DNA of 64,000 bases, taken from the IMG/VR virus record IMGVR_UViG_3300044846_003008; one strand, written 5' to 3'. The notes under the pieces are model-generated. The model saw only the letters and a program-made list of their open reading frames with translations, was not told the DNA's origin and did not search any database. The stretch's first letter is position 1, and every line of letters starts with the position of its first letter. This DNA is from a virus. Below are positions 8,309 to 16,943 of this stretch, one piece after another. The translations under genes and the position numbers were made by a program.

Positions 8309-10918
8309 ATGACTTCAATTCAAATTACCGAGATAACAGGGTTAGCACTTCCATACAATATATATGTATGTGATGTGTTCGGTAATCAATGTTCTTTAGT
8401 TGCTACAGTTAATACTAATATACCCCCAATCACATCATTATTATTACCCCCACAATTTAACACCGCTCCTGCCGTTGGAGTTAAGGTAGTTTCTCACGAT
8501 TGTACGAGATTTAACATTGTTTATTGTTACTTAGTGTACACAAGAACTCCTACACCAACACCAACAAACACACCTACCCTTACTCCAACACCAACAAACA
8601 CTCCCACACCAACCCCAACTCCAACAGAAACACCAACTCAAACACCTACTGAAACCCCAACTAACACCCCAACGAACACACCTACTCTTACACCTACCCC
8701 AACTGAAACACCAACTAATACACCAACGAACACTCCAACCGAAACCCCAACAAACACACCGACAAACACCCCAACCGAAACCCCAACAAACACACCGACA
8801 AACACCCCAACCGAAACTCCAACTAATACACCAACAAATACGCCAACAAATACGCCGACGAATACCCCAACAAATACACCAACAAGTACTGTTACTCCAA
8901 CTAATACACCAACTAACACCCCAACCGAAACTCCAACTAATACACCAACTAATACCCCAACAAATACCCCAACCGAAACTCCAACAAATACCCCAACAAG
9001 CACCGTAACACCAACAAATACCCCAACTAACACTCCAACTAATACTCCAACTAATACACCAACTAATACACCAACAAATACTCCAACAAACACTCCAACA
9101 AACACACCAACAAGTACTGTTACTCCGACGAATACACCAACTAATACACCAACTAATACACCAACGAACACTCCAACTAACACACCTACTGAAACACCAA
9201 CTAATACACCTACGAACACGCCTACGAATACCCCGACAAGTACTGTTACTCCGACTAACACCCCAACAAATACGCCTACTAATACCCCAACTCAAACACC
9301 AACTAATACCCCAACGAACACTCCAACAAATACCCCAACAAACACACCAACAAGTACTGTTACTCCTACTAACACACCAACTAATACACCGACTAATACT
9401 CCGACAGAAACCCCAACTAATACACCGACTAATACACCTACAAATACACCAACAAATACACCTACAAATACTCCAACAAATACTGTCACACCAACAAATA
9501 CACCAACGAACACACCTACTAACACCCCAACGAACACACCTACGAATACCCCGACAAATACACCAACAAATACACCAACGAACACGCCAACTAATACCCC
9601 AACTAATACGCCAACAAGTACTGTCACTCCGACTAATACGCCAACTAATACCCCAACTAATACGCCAACAAACACTCCAACAAGTACTGTCACACCAACG
9701 AATACTCCGACTAACACACCAACTAACACTCCAACAAGTACTGTCACACCAACTAATACCCCAACTAATACGCCAACAAACACTCCAACAAGTACTGTCA
9801 CACCAACGAATACTCCGACTAACACACCAACTAACACTCCAACAAGTACTGTCACACCAACTAATACCCCAACTAATACGCCAACAAGTACTGTCACACC
9901 AACGAATACTCCGACTAACACACCAACTAACACTCCAACAAGTACTGTCACACCAACTAATACCCCAACTAATACGCCAACAAGTACTGTCACACCAACG
10001 AATACTCCGACTAACACACCAACTAACACTCCAACAAGTACTGTTACCCCAACGAATACTCCGACTAACACACCAACTAACACTCCAACAAGTACTGTTA
10101 CCCCAACGAATACTCCGACTAATACTCCGACTAATACACCCACAAATACTCCAACAAGTACTGTTACCCCAACAAATACTCCGACTAACACACCTACAAA
10201 TACACCAACGAATACACCTACGAACACACCAACAAATACGCCAACGAATACACCTACGAACACACCATCTAACACCCAAACCCCTACGAATACCCCTACG
10301 AACACCCCAACGAATACTCCAACAAATACCCCAACAAGTACAGTTACCCCAACAAGTACAGTTACCCCAACAAATACTCCGACTAACACACCTACAAATA
10401 CACCAACGAACACACCAACAAATACGCCAACGAATACACCTACGAACACACCATCTAACACCCAAACCCCTACGAACACCCCGACTAACACACCAACAAT
10501 TACTCCGACTAATACACCAACTAACACCCCAACAAATTCACAGACCCCAACGAAGACCTCAACACCAACACCAACCATCACCCCAACTAACACGCCAACA
10601 CCAACAATTACTCCGACAATTACACCAACAATTACTCCAACTAATACACCATCACCAACTCAAACACCAACAAATACCCCGACTAATACACCAACCAACA
10701 CACCTAGTCAAACCCCAACAAATAGTGTCACACCAACCCCAACCGTGACACCAACAACATCAGTTACCCCAACTAACACTCCATCATACACTCCAAGTAT
10801 GACACCATCATACACACCATCACCAACCCCAACAACATTAACAGGTAATTTCTTATTATTACAAACAGGTGATTATATCATATTACAAGACGGAACAGGA
10901 TTTATTGAATTACAATAA
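8309..10918 (+). CDS. Mucin-like Thr/Pro-rich stalk protein (putative virion appendage)
   Basis: ~75-aa Cys-containing N-domain, ~760 aa of (TPTN)n/TPTSTV repeats, and a short C-terminal motif [16 protein letters not shown]. Confidence 0.85.
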   Translation: MTSIQITEITGLALPYNIYVCDVFGNQCSLVATVNTNIPPITSLLLPPQFNTAPAVGVKVVSHDCTRFNIVYCYLVYTRTPTPTPTNTPTLTPTPTNTPTPTPTPTETPTQTPTETPTNTPTNTPTLTPTPTETPTNTPTNTPTETPTNTPTNTPTETPTNTPTNTPTETPTNTPTNTPTNTPTNTPTNTPTSTVTPTNTPTNTPTETPTNTPTNTPTNTPTETPTNTPTSTVTPTNTPTNTPTNTPTNTPTNTPTNTPTNTPTNTPTSTVTPTNTPTNTPTNTPTNTPTNTPTETPTNTPTNTPTNTPTSTVTPTNTPTNTPTNTPTQTPTNTPTNTPTNTPTNTPTSTVTPTNTPTNTPTNTPTETPTNTPTNTPTNTPTNTPTNTPTNTVTPTNTPTNTPTNTPTNTPTNTPTNTPTNTPTNTPTNTPTNTPTSTVTPTNTPTNTPTNTPTNTPTSTVTPTNTPTNTPTNTPTSTVTPTNTPTNTPTNTPTSTVTPTNTPTNTPTNTPTSTVTPTNTPTNTPTSTVTPTNTPTNTPTNTPTSTVTPTNTPTNTPTSTVTPTNTPTNTPTNTPTSTVTPTNTPTNTPTNTPTSTVTPTNTPTNTPTNTPTNTPTSTVTPTNTPTNTPTNTPTNTPTNTPTNTPTNTPTNTPSNTQTPTNTPTNTPTNTPTNTPTSTVTPTSTVTPTNTPTNTPTNTPTNTPTNTPTNTPTNTPSNTQTPTNTPTNTPTITPTNTPTNTPTNSQTPTKTSTPTPTITPTNTPTPTITPTITPTITPTNTPSPTQTPTNTPTNTPTNTPSQTPTNSVTPTPTVTPTTSVTPTNTPSYTPSMTPSYTPSPTPTTLTGNFLLLQTGDYIILQDGTGFIELQ
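8546..10836 (+). repeat. Coding tandem repeat: 12-nt unit ACN-CCN-ACN-AAY with higher-order 96-108 nt units
   Basis: An exact higher-order unit starts at 9681, 9789, 9885 and 9981 (periods 108, 96, 96). Confidence 0.95.
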
Positions 10919-10973
10919 TTTATCATTATATTTGTTTTGTAAAACATTTCCGTATTACAAAATAAAAGGGCAT

Positions 10974-11005
10974 AAAAAAAGGGAAGTTTTATCTTCCCTT
11001 TTTTT
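10974..11005. terminator. Bidirectional intrinsic terminator between convergent genes
   Basis: A7-GGGAAG-TTTTAT-CTTCCC-T7. Confidence 0.85.
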
Positions 11006-11017
11006 ATTAATAAACTT

Positions 11018-11617
11018 TTACCAAATTTTTTCTTGGTTCATATAACCCAACACACAACAATAGGCATCTGTTTGGTCAAAATTTTCTTTTTTCAAAGTAT
11101 TATTCTTAGTATATAGCCATTGAATTTGTGGTTCTCGTTTCGCAACTTTCTCCCACACTAACATTTTTTTATCAATGTCTTTTGGTAACCCACCAAATAA
11201 AACGTGTTTTCCTTTATCATTCTCTTGTACTAACTCAGGAAATGCGAATTTTCTTGAGTTATAGGTTGATATAAATTCAGGAACTATCCCCAAAGTATCA
11301 TAGATAACTTTACAAACAAAACTATTAAATCGTAGTAAAGTCTGAACTGTTCTAATGTTATTTGAATTAAGTAATGGTTCTTCAATAACAACACTTGTTA
11401 TACCCATATCTTTATATTGAATCAATTTACTTTTGAAGATGTCACTTTTAAGTAAAAGTTCTTTAATTTTACTTTCTTCAACAGGTTTTGGTACAGGTGA
11501 AATATGTGTTAATTCTAAAAGTTCACGACTTTGTATATCAAATAATGCCCAACCAATTGTTTTAGTTGAAACATCGAGTCCTAAAACTTTTGGACTTTCT
11601 TTTAAGGTTTTCTTCAT
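11018..11617 (-). CDS. RuvC-like Holliday junction resolvase
   Basis: VLGLDVSTKTIGWA, VIEEPL and DQTDAY RNase H-fold acidic motifs. Confidence 0.85.
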   Translation of the reverse strand: MKKTLKESPKVLGLDVSTKTIGWALFDIQSRELLELTHISPVPKPVEESKIKELLLKSDIFKSKLIQYKDMGITSVVIEEPLLNSNNIRTVQTLLRFNSFVCKVIYDTLGIVPEFISTYNSRKFAFPELVQENDKGKHVLFGGLPKDIDKKMLVWEKVAKREPQIQWLYTKNNTLKKENFDQTDAYCCVLGYMNQEKIW

Positions 11618-11618
11618 A

Positions 11619-13913
11619 TTAAAAATCGAATTTTATAAAAAATTGCTGAATCCCTTGTCTTAAAACAGGTGATTGTAGCTTAGATATAAGCATAAGGTTT
11701 TTTTCATCATCGTAAAGCCCAATTTCAGTAATATATGGTTTTGTTGTCGTATTCCAAGTTGGATTAGTACTAGTCAAGAATTCAGTATTTGATAAATTAA
11801 CTTTATATCTCATTTCATAGATAGTTGCTTGAATATCTGTTTCTAATGAACCATAAAAATAATATTCATCACCAAAGTTAAGTTGAACCGATGTATCACC
11901 TTCAGGTGTTAATGTAACATAGTCGTTTAAATCATATATAGGGGCGTTATCATACAAATCTTTAGTTATAACAAAGGTATTACCCGTTAACGCATTCTCA
12001 GTAATATAATTATCAATAGTACTACCACTTATTTGGTCCGTCATATCAATTATTCTCCAATCATCAGAATTAGGACGTGAACCTGTTACTACTTTTTGAC
12101 ATAAAATTTCGATTTTTTCAGCAAAAAATCCTTGGTTATACGAATCATTATATAACCCCAAACAAGATAAATTACCCCCGAATCTAACCCCAACATTTTC
12201 CGAATTAGACGGATTACAATCATTTGGTCCCGTAATCTTTGAGTAGTAATTACAATGTAGTGAGTTCGTAAACGCACTTGTATTTGTAAATCTATAAGTC
12301 ACAAACATCGTCTCATTTGAACTTGTTAGAACCCCTTCACTACTACCAATAGTGTTACAAGTGTTAGGTGTTGATAAAAACAATTTAGTTGCCGGTAACG
12401 TCCAATTTCGATTAGATTTATAAGACATTGCTGCGATTATTTCCTCATCATCAATAACAATAATTTTATCATCAGGGAAAACTTTACCAATTCTACTTGG
12501 GTAACCACTAACCGTCGGATTAGTATCCCATAAATTATAGTATCTCAACCCAGGTGAATTCATATCTTCGTTCTTAGTTGATTGTAGATAATGAACTTTA
12601 AATAAATAATCATCATTAGGTAAATCATCAAATCCAGGTGGGTCAACCCAAAATGTTTCACCATTACAACATTCAGGATTTTTATGCCACATTAACCAAG
12701 GAATGTGTAATCTAAAGTTTCTCGCTTGTCCTGTTGTATCATAAGGAGCCAATGGGTCGTATGGCTCGAACGCAAATTTCTCACCATAAAACAAATCAAT
12801 AGTTTGATTAGTATAGTGAATAATCGCAATTGCTTTTTGTTCTTCAGGTTCAACTTTAACCACCTCATCAAATGAGTTATAATAGTAAGTATCTGTTGTC
12901 TCGGCACTTAAAGAATTACTTATAAAAAACGTTTGACCACTATTTGACATATAACCCAAATATTCTTTAGACCCTAAATAATTAACAGAACCAAATTGGG
13001 TGTAATCTTTATACACCGCCGAATCTAACCCCGCTAAATTTTCAGACCAAGGAATATTCATATTCCATATCTTAACATCAAATTCGTCTTGATTACAAAC
13101 CGATTCAAAATTAATCACATCATCACTATAATGATTCAACGGTGTAATACTATCATAAATCTCCGTCATCGTTTTCGGGTAAAAAAGAATACGAGCGTAC
13201 TGATTTGAGAACGTAATGTTTGAAAAATCAGGTGTTGGCCTATCTAAGGTCAATACATCATTACAAAAATCAACAACCCTATACGTTAAAACCGAATAAC
13301 AAGACGACATAGACATAACACACCCACTTAACGCCGCAGTTTCACTAGTAGTACAATTACAATTATCATCACCCAATGCGTCATAATATATCGTAACAAC
13401 ATCACCTGAAATAGGTACTAAAAGTTCATTTTCGTTACATACTGACGAAATCACAGGAACACTATTAGTCCCAACAAATTCACTCATATCAACTTTATAA
13501 TTTGATGAAATCACATAATCATTACCCGTGAAAGCACTCCAAGTTGTTGGTAAAATACTGGTATCACCGCTAAAAAACCCTCTGATTGCCGCAGTATTAT
13601 AAATCGGACTAACAACGGAATCCATATATGGCACGCCATAAGTATTACCACCATTACCATCAACGTAATATGGATATTTCACATTTTGTTTATTCGATTC
13701 AGGAGTTCCACTCGAATTTTGTGCGTTGAATCCCGGTTTTAAAATCATCGTATTTGATTGTGGGTAAGTCGTTGGTAAAGTATTATACAACACCTCACTA
13801 TCACCCACTTGAAAATAACTTACATTAAATTTACCTTGTGATAATTTTTGTCGAGCAGCGTCCGTAAATATTGTATTAACTAAACCTGACGTATTTTTTA
13901 ATATATAACCCAT
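11619..13913 (-). CDS. Baseplate/tail-collar fibre attachment-type structural protein
   Basis: N-terminal FTDAARQKLSQG...FQVGD and C-terminal ITEIGLYDDEKNL resemble the tail-collar fibre (DUF3751-like) signature. Confidence 0.6.
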   Translation of the reverse strand: MGYILKNTSGLVNTIFTDAARQKLSQGKFNVSYFQVGDSEVLYNTLPTTYPQSNTMILKPGFNAQNSSGTPESNKQNVKYPYYVDGNGGNTYGVPYMDSVVSPIYNTAAIRGFFSGDTSILPTTWSAFTGNDYVISSNYKVDMSEFVGTNSVPVISSVCNENELLVPISGDVVTIYYDALGDDNCNCTTSETAALSGCVMSMSSCYSVLTYRVVDFCNDVLTLDRPTPDFSNITFSNQYARILFYPKTMTEIYDSITPLNHYSDDVINFESVCNQDEFDVKIWNMNIPWSENLAGLDSAVYKDYTQFGSVNYLGSKEYLGYMSNSGQTFFISNSLSAETTDTYYYNSFDEVVKVEPEEQKAIAIIHYTNQTIDLFYGEKFAFEPYDPLAPYDTTGQARNFRLHIPWLMWHKNPECCNGETFWVDPPGFDDLPNDDYLFKVHYLQSTKNEDMNSPGLRYYNLWDTNPTVSGYPSRIGKVFPDDKIIVIDDEEIIAAMSYKSNRNWTLPATKLFLSTPNTCNTIGSSEGVLTSSNETMFVTYRFTNTSAFTNSLHCNYYSKITGPNDCNPSNSENVGVRFGGNLSCLGLYNDSYNQGFFAEKIEILCQKVVTGSRPNSDDWRIIDMTDQISGSTIDNYITENALTGNTFVITKDLYDNAPIYDLNDYVTLTPEGDTSVQLNFGDEYYFYGSLETDIQATIYEMRYKVNLSNTEFLTSTNPTWNTTTKPYITEIGLYDDEKNLMLISKLQSPVLRQGIQQFFIKFDF

Positions 13914-13934
13914 TTTATTATTTTTTTATTATTT

Positions 13935-15044
13935 TTATTCATATAAACTTTTTAACCCCATCACAGTACAACAATTACAACCTTTAATAGTACCGTTTGT
14001 AATATATGACGATAAATAATTAAAATACCCATTACAACATCTTGAGTATATTGAAGATGCTGTTTGACCATAAGTCAATGGTCCCAACTCATCACCAATA
14101 TCATTAACTACTAATTGAGCCGGTGGTGTGTTATTACAAGTTAATTGGAATTGTTTTATCGTTTTAACCGAATACACATCATTTTTAGTTATTTTTAACC
14201 CTGAATATGTTGTCGAATAATCGGTAATATAAATAGTAAGACCTTGACATCCAGCACTCTGATTTGGTAAGGTACTATCAAGAGGATTATCAGACCCTGT
14301 TATTGTCTGACTATTCTTAATAACTTGAGGAGTAAATGTTGAACTAGCTGAATTAATGTAAGGTGTTCTAACAAATCTCGATGCTAGTACCAAATCAAAA
14401 GTCAATTCAACACCGGCCGGTAATGGTGGAAGTACTTGAATTTCATAGGTGGTTTCCACAGTGTTCACACCAGTTGTTACTTCAGATATTGTCTCTAAAT
14501 TAATATAATATTCGGTTGATGTTGTTTTTTGAGACATAACAAATGTTTTAGTAACTGTTGTCCCTTCACTATCTTTAACAATTACCGAGTAATTACCCCC
14601 ACATAAATTCGATTTAATAGGGAAATTCTCATAAGTAACACCATTGTTATATGAATATTGATATGGTGGTACACCTCCTGTTGCCGTCACACTTAATGAA
14701 CCGTCACAAATACAACCCGGATTAGTAACATTACCAATCACACTAAGAGAGTTCGAAGGAACACAAAGACCCGAATTCGCGGCAACAGTGTAGGCCTTTC
14801 CTAATACAGTCCAATTGTTATTTATCGGAGGGTATGCAGGATTGGTATTAACCACTTGAATAGTACCTAACGTATCACCCGATAATTTCCAAGCGTTCAA
14901 TGTCGTATCCCAAATTATCTTAACCGTCGAATCGTCAGATAACCAAGAGTTTTTACCATTATAAGTCCCATCAGGATTAAAATGATAACTAAATTTATTC
15001 CCCGTGAAAAAAGTTGCGTAATCTTCTAAATCAAATAAATACAT
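13935..15044 (-). CDS. SprB-repeat fibre-like protein, C-terminal part of a split gene, with MYLFDLEDY leader
   Basis: CDGSLSVTATGGVPPYQYS...NLCGGNYSVIVKDS SprB-type repeat; in frame with 15060..15443. Confidence 0.75.
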   Translation of the reverse strand: MYLFDLEDYATFFTGNKFSYHFNPDGTYNGKNSWLSDDSTVKIIWDTTLNAWKLSGDTLGTIQVVNTNPAYPPINNNWTVLGKAYTVAANSGLCVPSNSLSVIGNVTNPGCICDGSLSVTATGGVPPYQYSYNNGVTYENFPIKSNLCGGNYSVIVKDSEGTTVTKTFVMSQKTTSTEYYINLETISEVTTGVNTVETTYEIQVLPPLPAGVELTFDLVLASRFVRTPYINSASSTFTPQVIKNSQTITGSDNPLDSTLPNQSAGCQGLTIYITDYSTTYSGLKITKNDVYSVKTIKQFQLTCNNTPPAQLVVNDIGDELGPLTYGQTASSIYSRCCNGYFNYLSSYITNGTIKGCNCCTVMGLKSLYE

Positions 15045-15092
15045 AATTTTTAAATGTTATTAACTTCTGTTATAAAAATAATCCCATTGATT
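15003..15092 (-). other. Split cassette A (90 nt, in frame, inserted at CCT^GGG)
   Basis: Encodes NQWDYFYNRS, TAA, TAACATTTAAAAATT, MYLFDLEDYATFFT; flanked by FTP and GNKF. Confidence 0.65.
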
Positions 15093-15443
15093 AGGTGTAA
15101 ATGTTAAACAGAAATCGTATAATGGTAATGGTGTCGGTGTAACCACAGGTGTCGGTGTAACTATAGGTGTCGGACCTAATAAGTTACAAGTACTTGTTAT
15201 CAAGTAATCACCATTAGAATCCGTCACTGTTGCAACATAAGAACCTGTACTCAAATTATTAATACTTTGACCAATACTCCCATTGTTCCATTGTATCAAA
15301 TATGGCGGAGTACCTCCTGATATAAATAAACTAGCAATTCCGTCAGATGCCGTAGAACTTGACGGATTCGTAGAATTACAAGATACGTACATAGGGAATA
15401 TTGTTATCACCCCACACTCATTTCTTTCTGTTGGTATTGGCAT
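15060..15443 (-). CDS. SprB-repeat protein, N-terminal part of a split gene
   Basis: DGIASLFISGGTPPYLIQWNNG...NLSTGSYVATVTDS SprB repeat followed by a PTP linker. Confidence 0.75.
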   Translation of the reverse strand: MPIPTERNECGVITIFPMYVSCNSTNPSSSTASDGIASLFISGGTPPYLIQWNNGSIGQSINNLSTGSYVATVTDSNGDYLITSTCNLLGPTPIVTPTPVVTPTPLPLYDFCLTFTPNQWDYFYNRS

Positions 15444-15452
15444 ATTATGTTT

Positions 15453-16445
15453 TTATAATAAATAATCGTCACTCTCGTTTTTTATCATAGATTCCATAAC
15501 TTCGATGTATTTTTTTGTCGCACTATTGTCATCTATATAATCAAAAATCGTATCGTTTAGTTTTAATAATTCAATTGGGTTTAGGGTAATGAAATCCCCC
15601 TTATAGAATTTATCGTGTTTTAAATTAGCGGTCACTCCAGCCATATGTAAAATCACTTTCTCATTATATCGGTCCATAGTGTCCGTACCCCAAGAAAAAC
15701 TAAGTTTATCAGTCACCCTCGTTTCTTTCCCCAAATACCATAAATTCCATAATACCGCCCACATATCCGATGTCCATATTTGAAGTCCATTCTGAATAGG
15801 GTAAGTTTTATGAAACATAATTAACATTTGATAAAGATTTTCACTATCTTTATATACTTTATCCCAAAACGTATAATCAGTATTTTTAATTAGATATTGA
15901 GCACCACCTGAATTACTTTGATTTTTTTTAACGGTTTCAACATCAATACCGATTACACCACACATTGAAGTTAATAATAGGTCTTTAGGTAATATATTAT
16001 GTTTATCATCATACCTATCACAACACTCTTTAATATAGTCATAACCGATGTATGAGGTCGTATCGGACAAATAACATACATCACCATCAATTAACGAATT
16101 AAAGTCGGGTAAAACCCTAAAAATGATATCGGAATCGTGGTAAAAATAACATTTACCAAATTGGGGATTTTCTTTTAACCATTTTGATAAGATTAATGGT
16201 CTTAAAGTTGGGATATATTCTTTATGTTCTCGATTATCAACATAATGATGGACATTTACTCCATAGTGTTTTAATTCTAAAGATTTCTTCGAAGGTTCGT
16301 CACCATCAACAATCACAAATAATACGTGAATTTGGTTTGGGTTAATACCTTTCTCAATGAAATTGTGGACATAAACTTTAGTTTGCCAATGGAAATACGG
16401 TACATCAGGTTGTGCCGACACAAATATTAAATCATCAAACTCCAT
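15453..16445 (-). CDS. GT-A fold glycosyltransferase, HPAT/SRGT1 (GT95/GT96)-like peptide O-glycosyltransferase; start MEFDDL at 16445
   Basis: Ordered motifs YFHWQT, YIPTLRP..W, FYHDSDIIF (DxD), GGAQYLI, WTSDMW and ILH parallel the SRGT1-type motifs YFDWQT, YxxxNKP..W, LDADMI, WxSEMY and LLH. Confidence 0.65.
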   Translation of the reverse strand: MEFDDLIFVSAQPDVPYFHWQTKVYVHNFIEKGINPNQIHVLFVIVDGDEPSKKSLELKHYGVNVHHYVDNREHKEYIPTLRPLILSKWLKENPQFGKCYFYHDSDIIFRVLPDFNSLIDGDVCYLSDTTSYIGYDYIKECCDRYDDKHNILPKDLLLTSMCGVIGIDVETVKKNQSNSGGAQYLIKNTDYTFWDKVYKDSENLYQMLIMFHKTYPIQNGLQIWTSDMWAVLWNLWYLGKETRVTDKLSFSWGTDTMDRYNEKVILHMAGVTANLKHDKFYKGDFITLNPIELLKLNDTIFDYIDDNSATKKYIEVMESMIKNESDDYLL

Positions 16446-16502
16446 TATCTTTTTAATTAAAAATATTAAAGAAGTCAATATAATAAATGGTAGAAATGAA
16501 TA

Positions 16503-16904
16503 TTACTGAACTAACCCATCAACTAAATAAGTCAACTCCTCAACATCACATAATAATGTTTGTTGAGCGGAAATAAAATCATTATATATGGTAACATCAA
16601 ACACACCATCAGTCGAACATTCATCACCCATCATATACCAAAAATCCGTGGACGCCACATTAAATGCGGTTATATCGTTTTGAACAACGGCCCATTTCGC
16701 CAAAATATCGTCTTTACATTCACCGTCCTCTAAACAAATAGTACCACACACATACCATTCATTTAACTCTTTAAAGTACGCGTCACTCGTTGCTCGTGAG
16801 GTTGACGCCATATCGGACCATCTTGTGTCACAAATAGGTATTTCTTCATATTGATTCCCAATTATCTTGGAAACATAATAGTCAGCCAAATCAAAAAGAT
16901 ACAT
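16503..16904 (-). CDS. Acidic Cys-containing protein with MYLFDLADY leader; probable C-terminal part of a split gene
   Basis: In frame with 16917..19439 across a 12-nt spacer; shares its N-terminal peptide with 15044. Confidence 0.7.
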   Translation of the reverse strand: MYLFDLADYYVSKIIGNQYEEIPICDTRWSDMASTSRATSDAYFKELNEWYVCGTICLEDGECKDDILAKWAVVQNDITAFNVASTDFWYMMGDECSTDGVFDVTIYNDFISAQQTLLCDVEELTYLVDGLVQ

Positions 16905-16943
16905 AATGTTTAAATATTAAAAGAATTTATTTATTTGGAATGA
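16860..16943 (-). other. Split cassette B (84 nt, in frame, inserted at CCT^GGG)
   Basis: Encodes SFQINKFF, TAA, TATTTAAACATT, MYLFDLADYYVSKII; flanked by FIP and GNQY. Confidence 0.6.

Noticed and set aside
8531-10593. Long minus-strand ORFs (644, 207 and 433 aa; poly-VGVF or WCR-rich)
   Set aside because: They are antisense shadows of the stop-free (TPTN)n repeat.
8546-10836. CRISPR array, or N-glycosylation sequon array
   Set aside because: There are no unique spacers and the repeat is codon-periodic and coding. N-T-P is not an N-x-S/T sequon.
14985-15065. T4 gene 60-style ribosomal bypass (AGT take-off before TAA, AGT landing 75 nt later)
   Set aside because: The product would be 5 aa out of register with the paralogous domain, site B has no comparably unique landing codon, and synonymous conservation indicates the leader is translated. 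It is disfavoured but not excluded.
15003-16943. Canonical split intein as the explanation for the cassettes
   Set aside because: The leader loosely resembles intein blocks F/G (xxDL...GN), but the fragments are far too short, there is no block B TxxH, and the +1 residues are K and Q rather than C/S/T.
15003-16943. Group I/II introns or stop-codon recoding at the splits
   Set aside because: The inserts are only 84-90 nt with no catalytic core. The stops are TAA, the genome's main stop codon, and all long genes read correctly in code 11.
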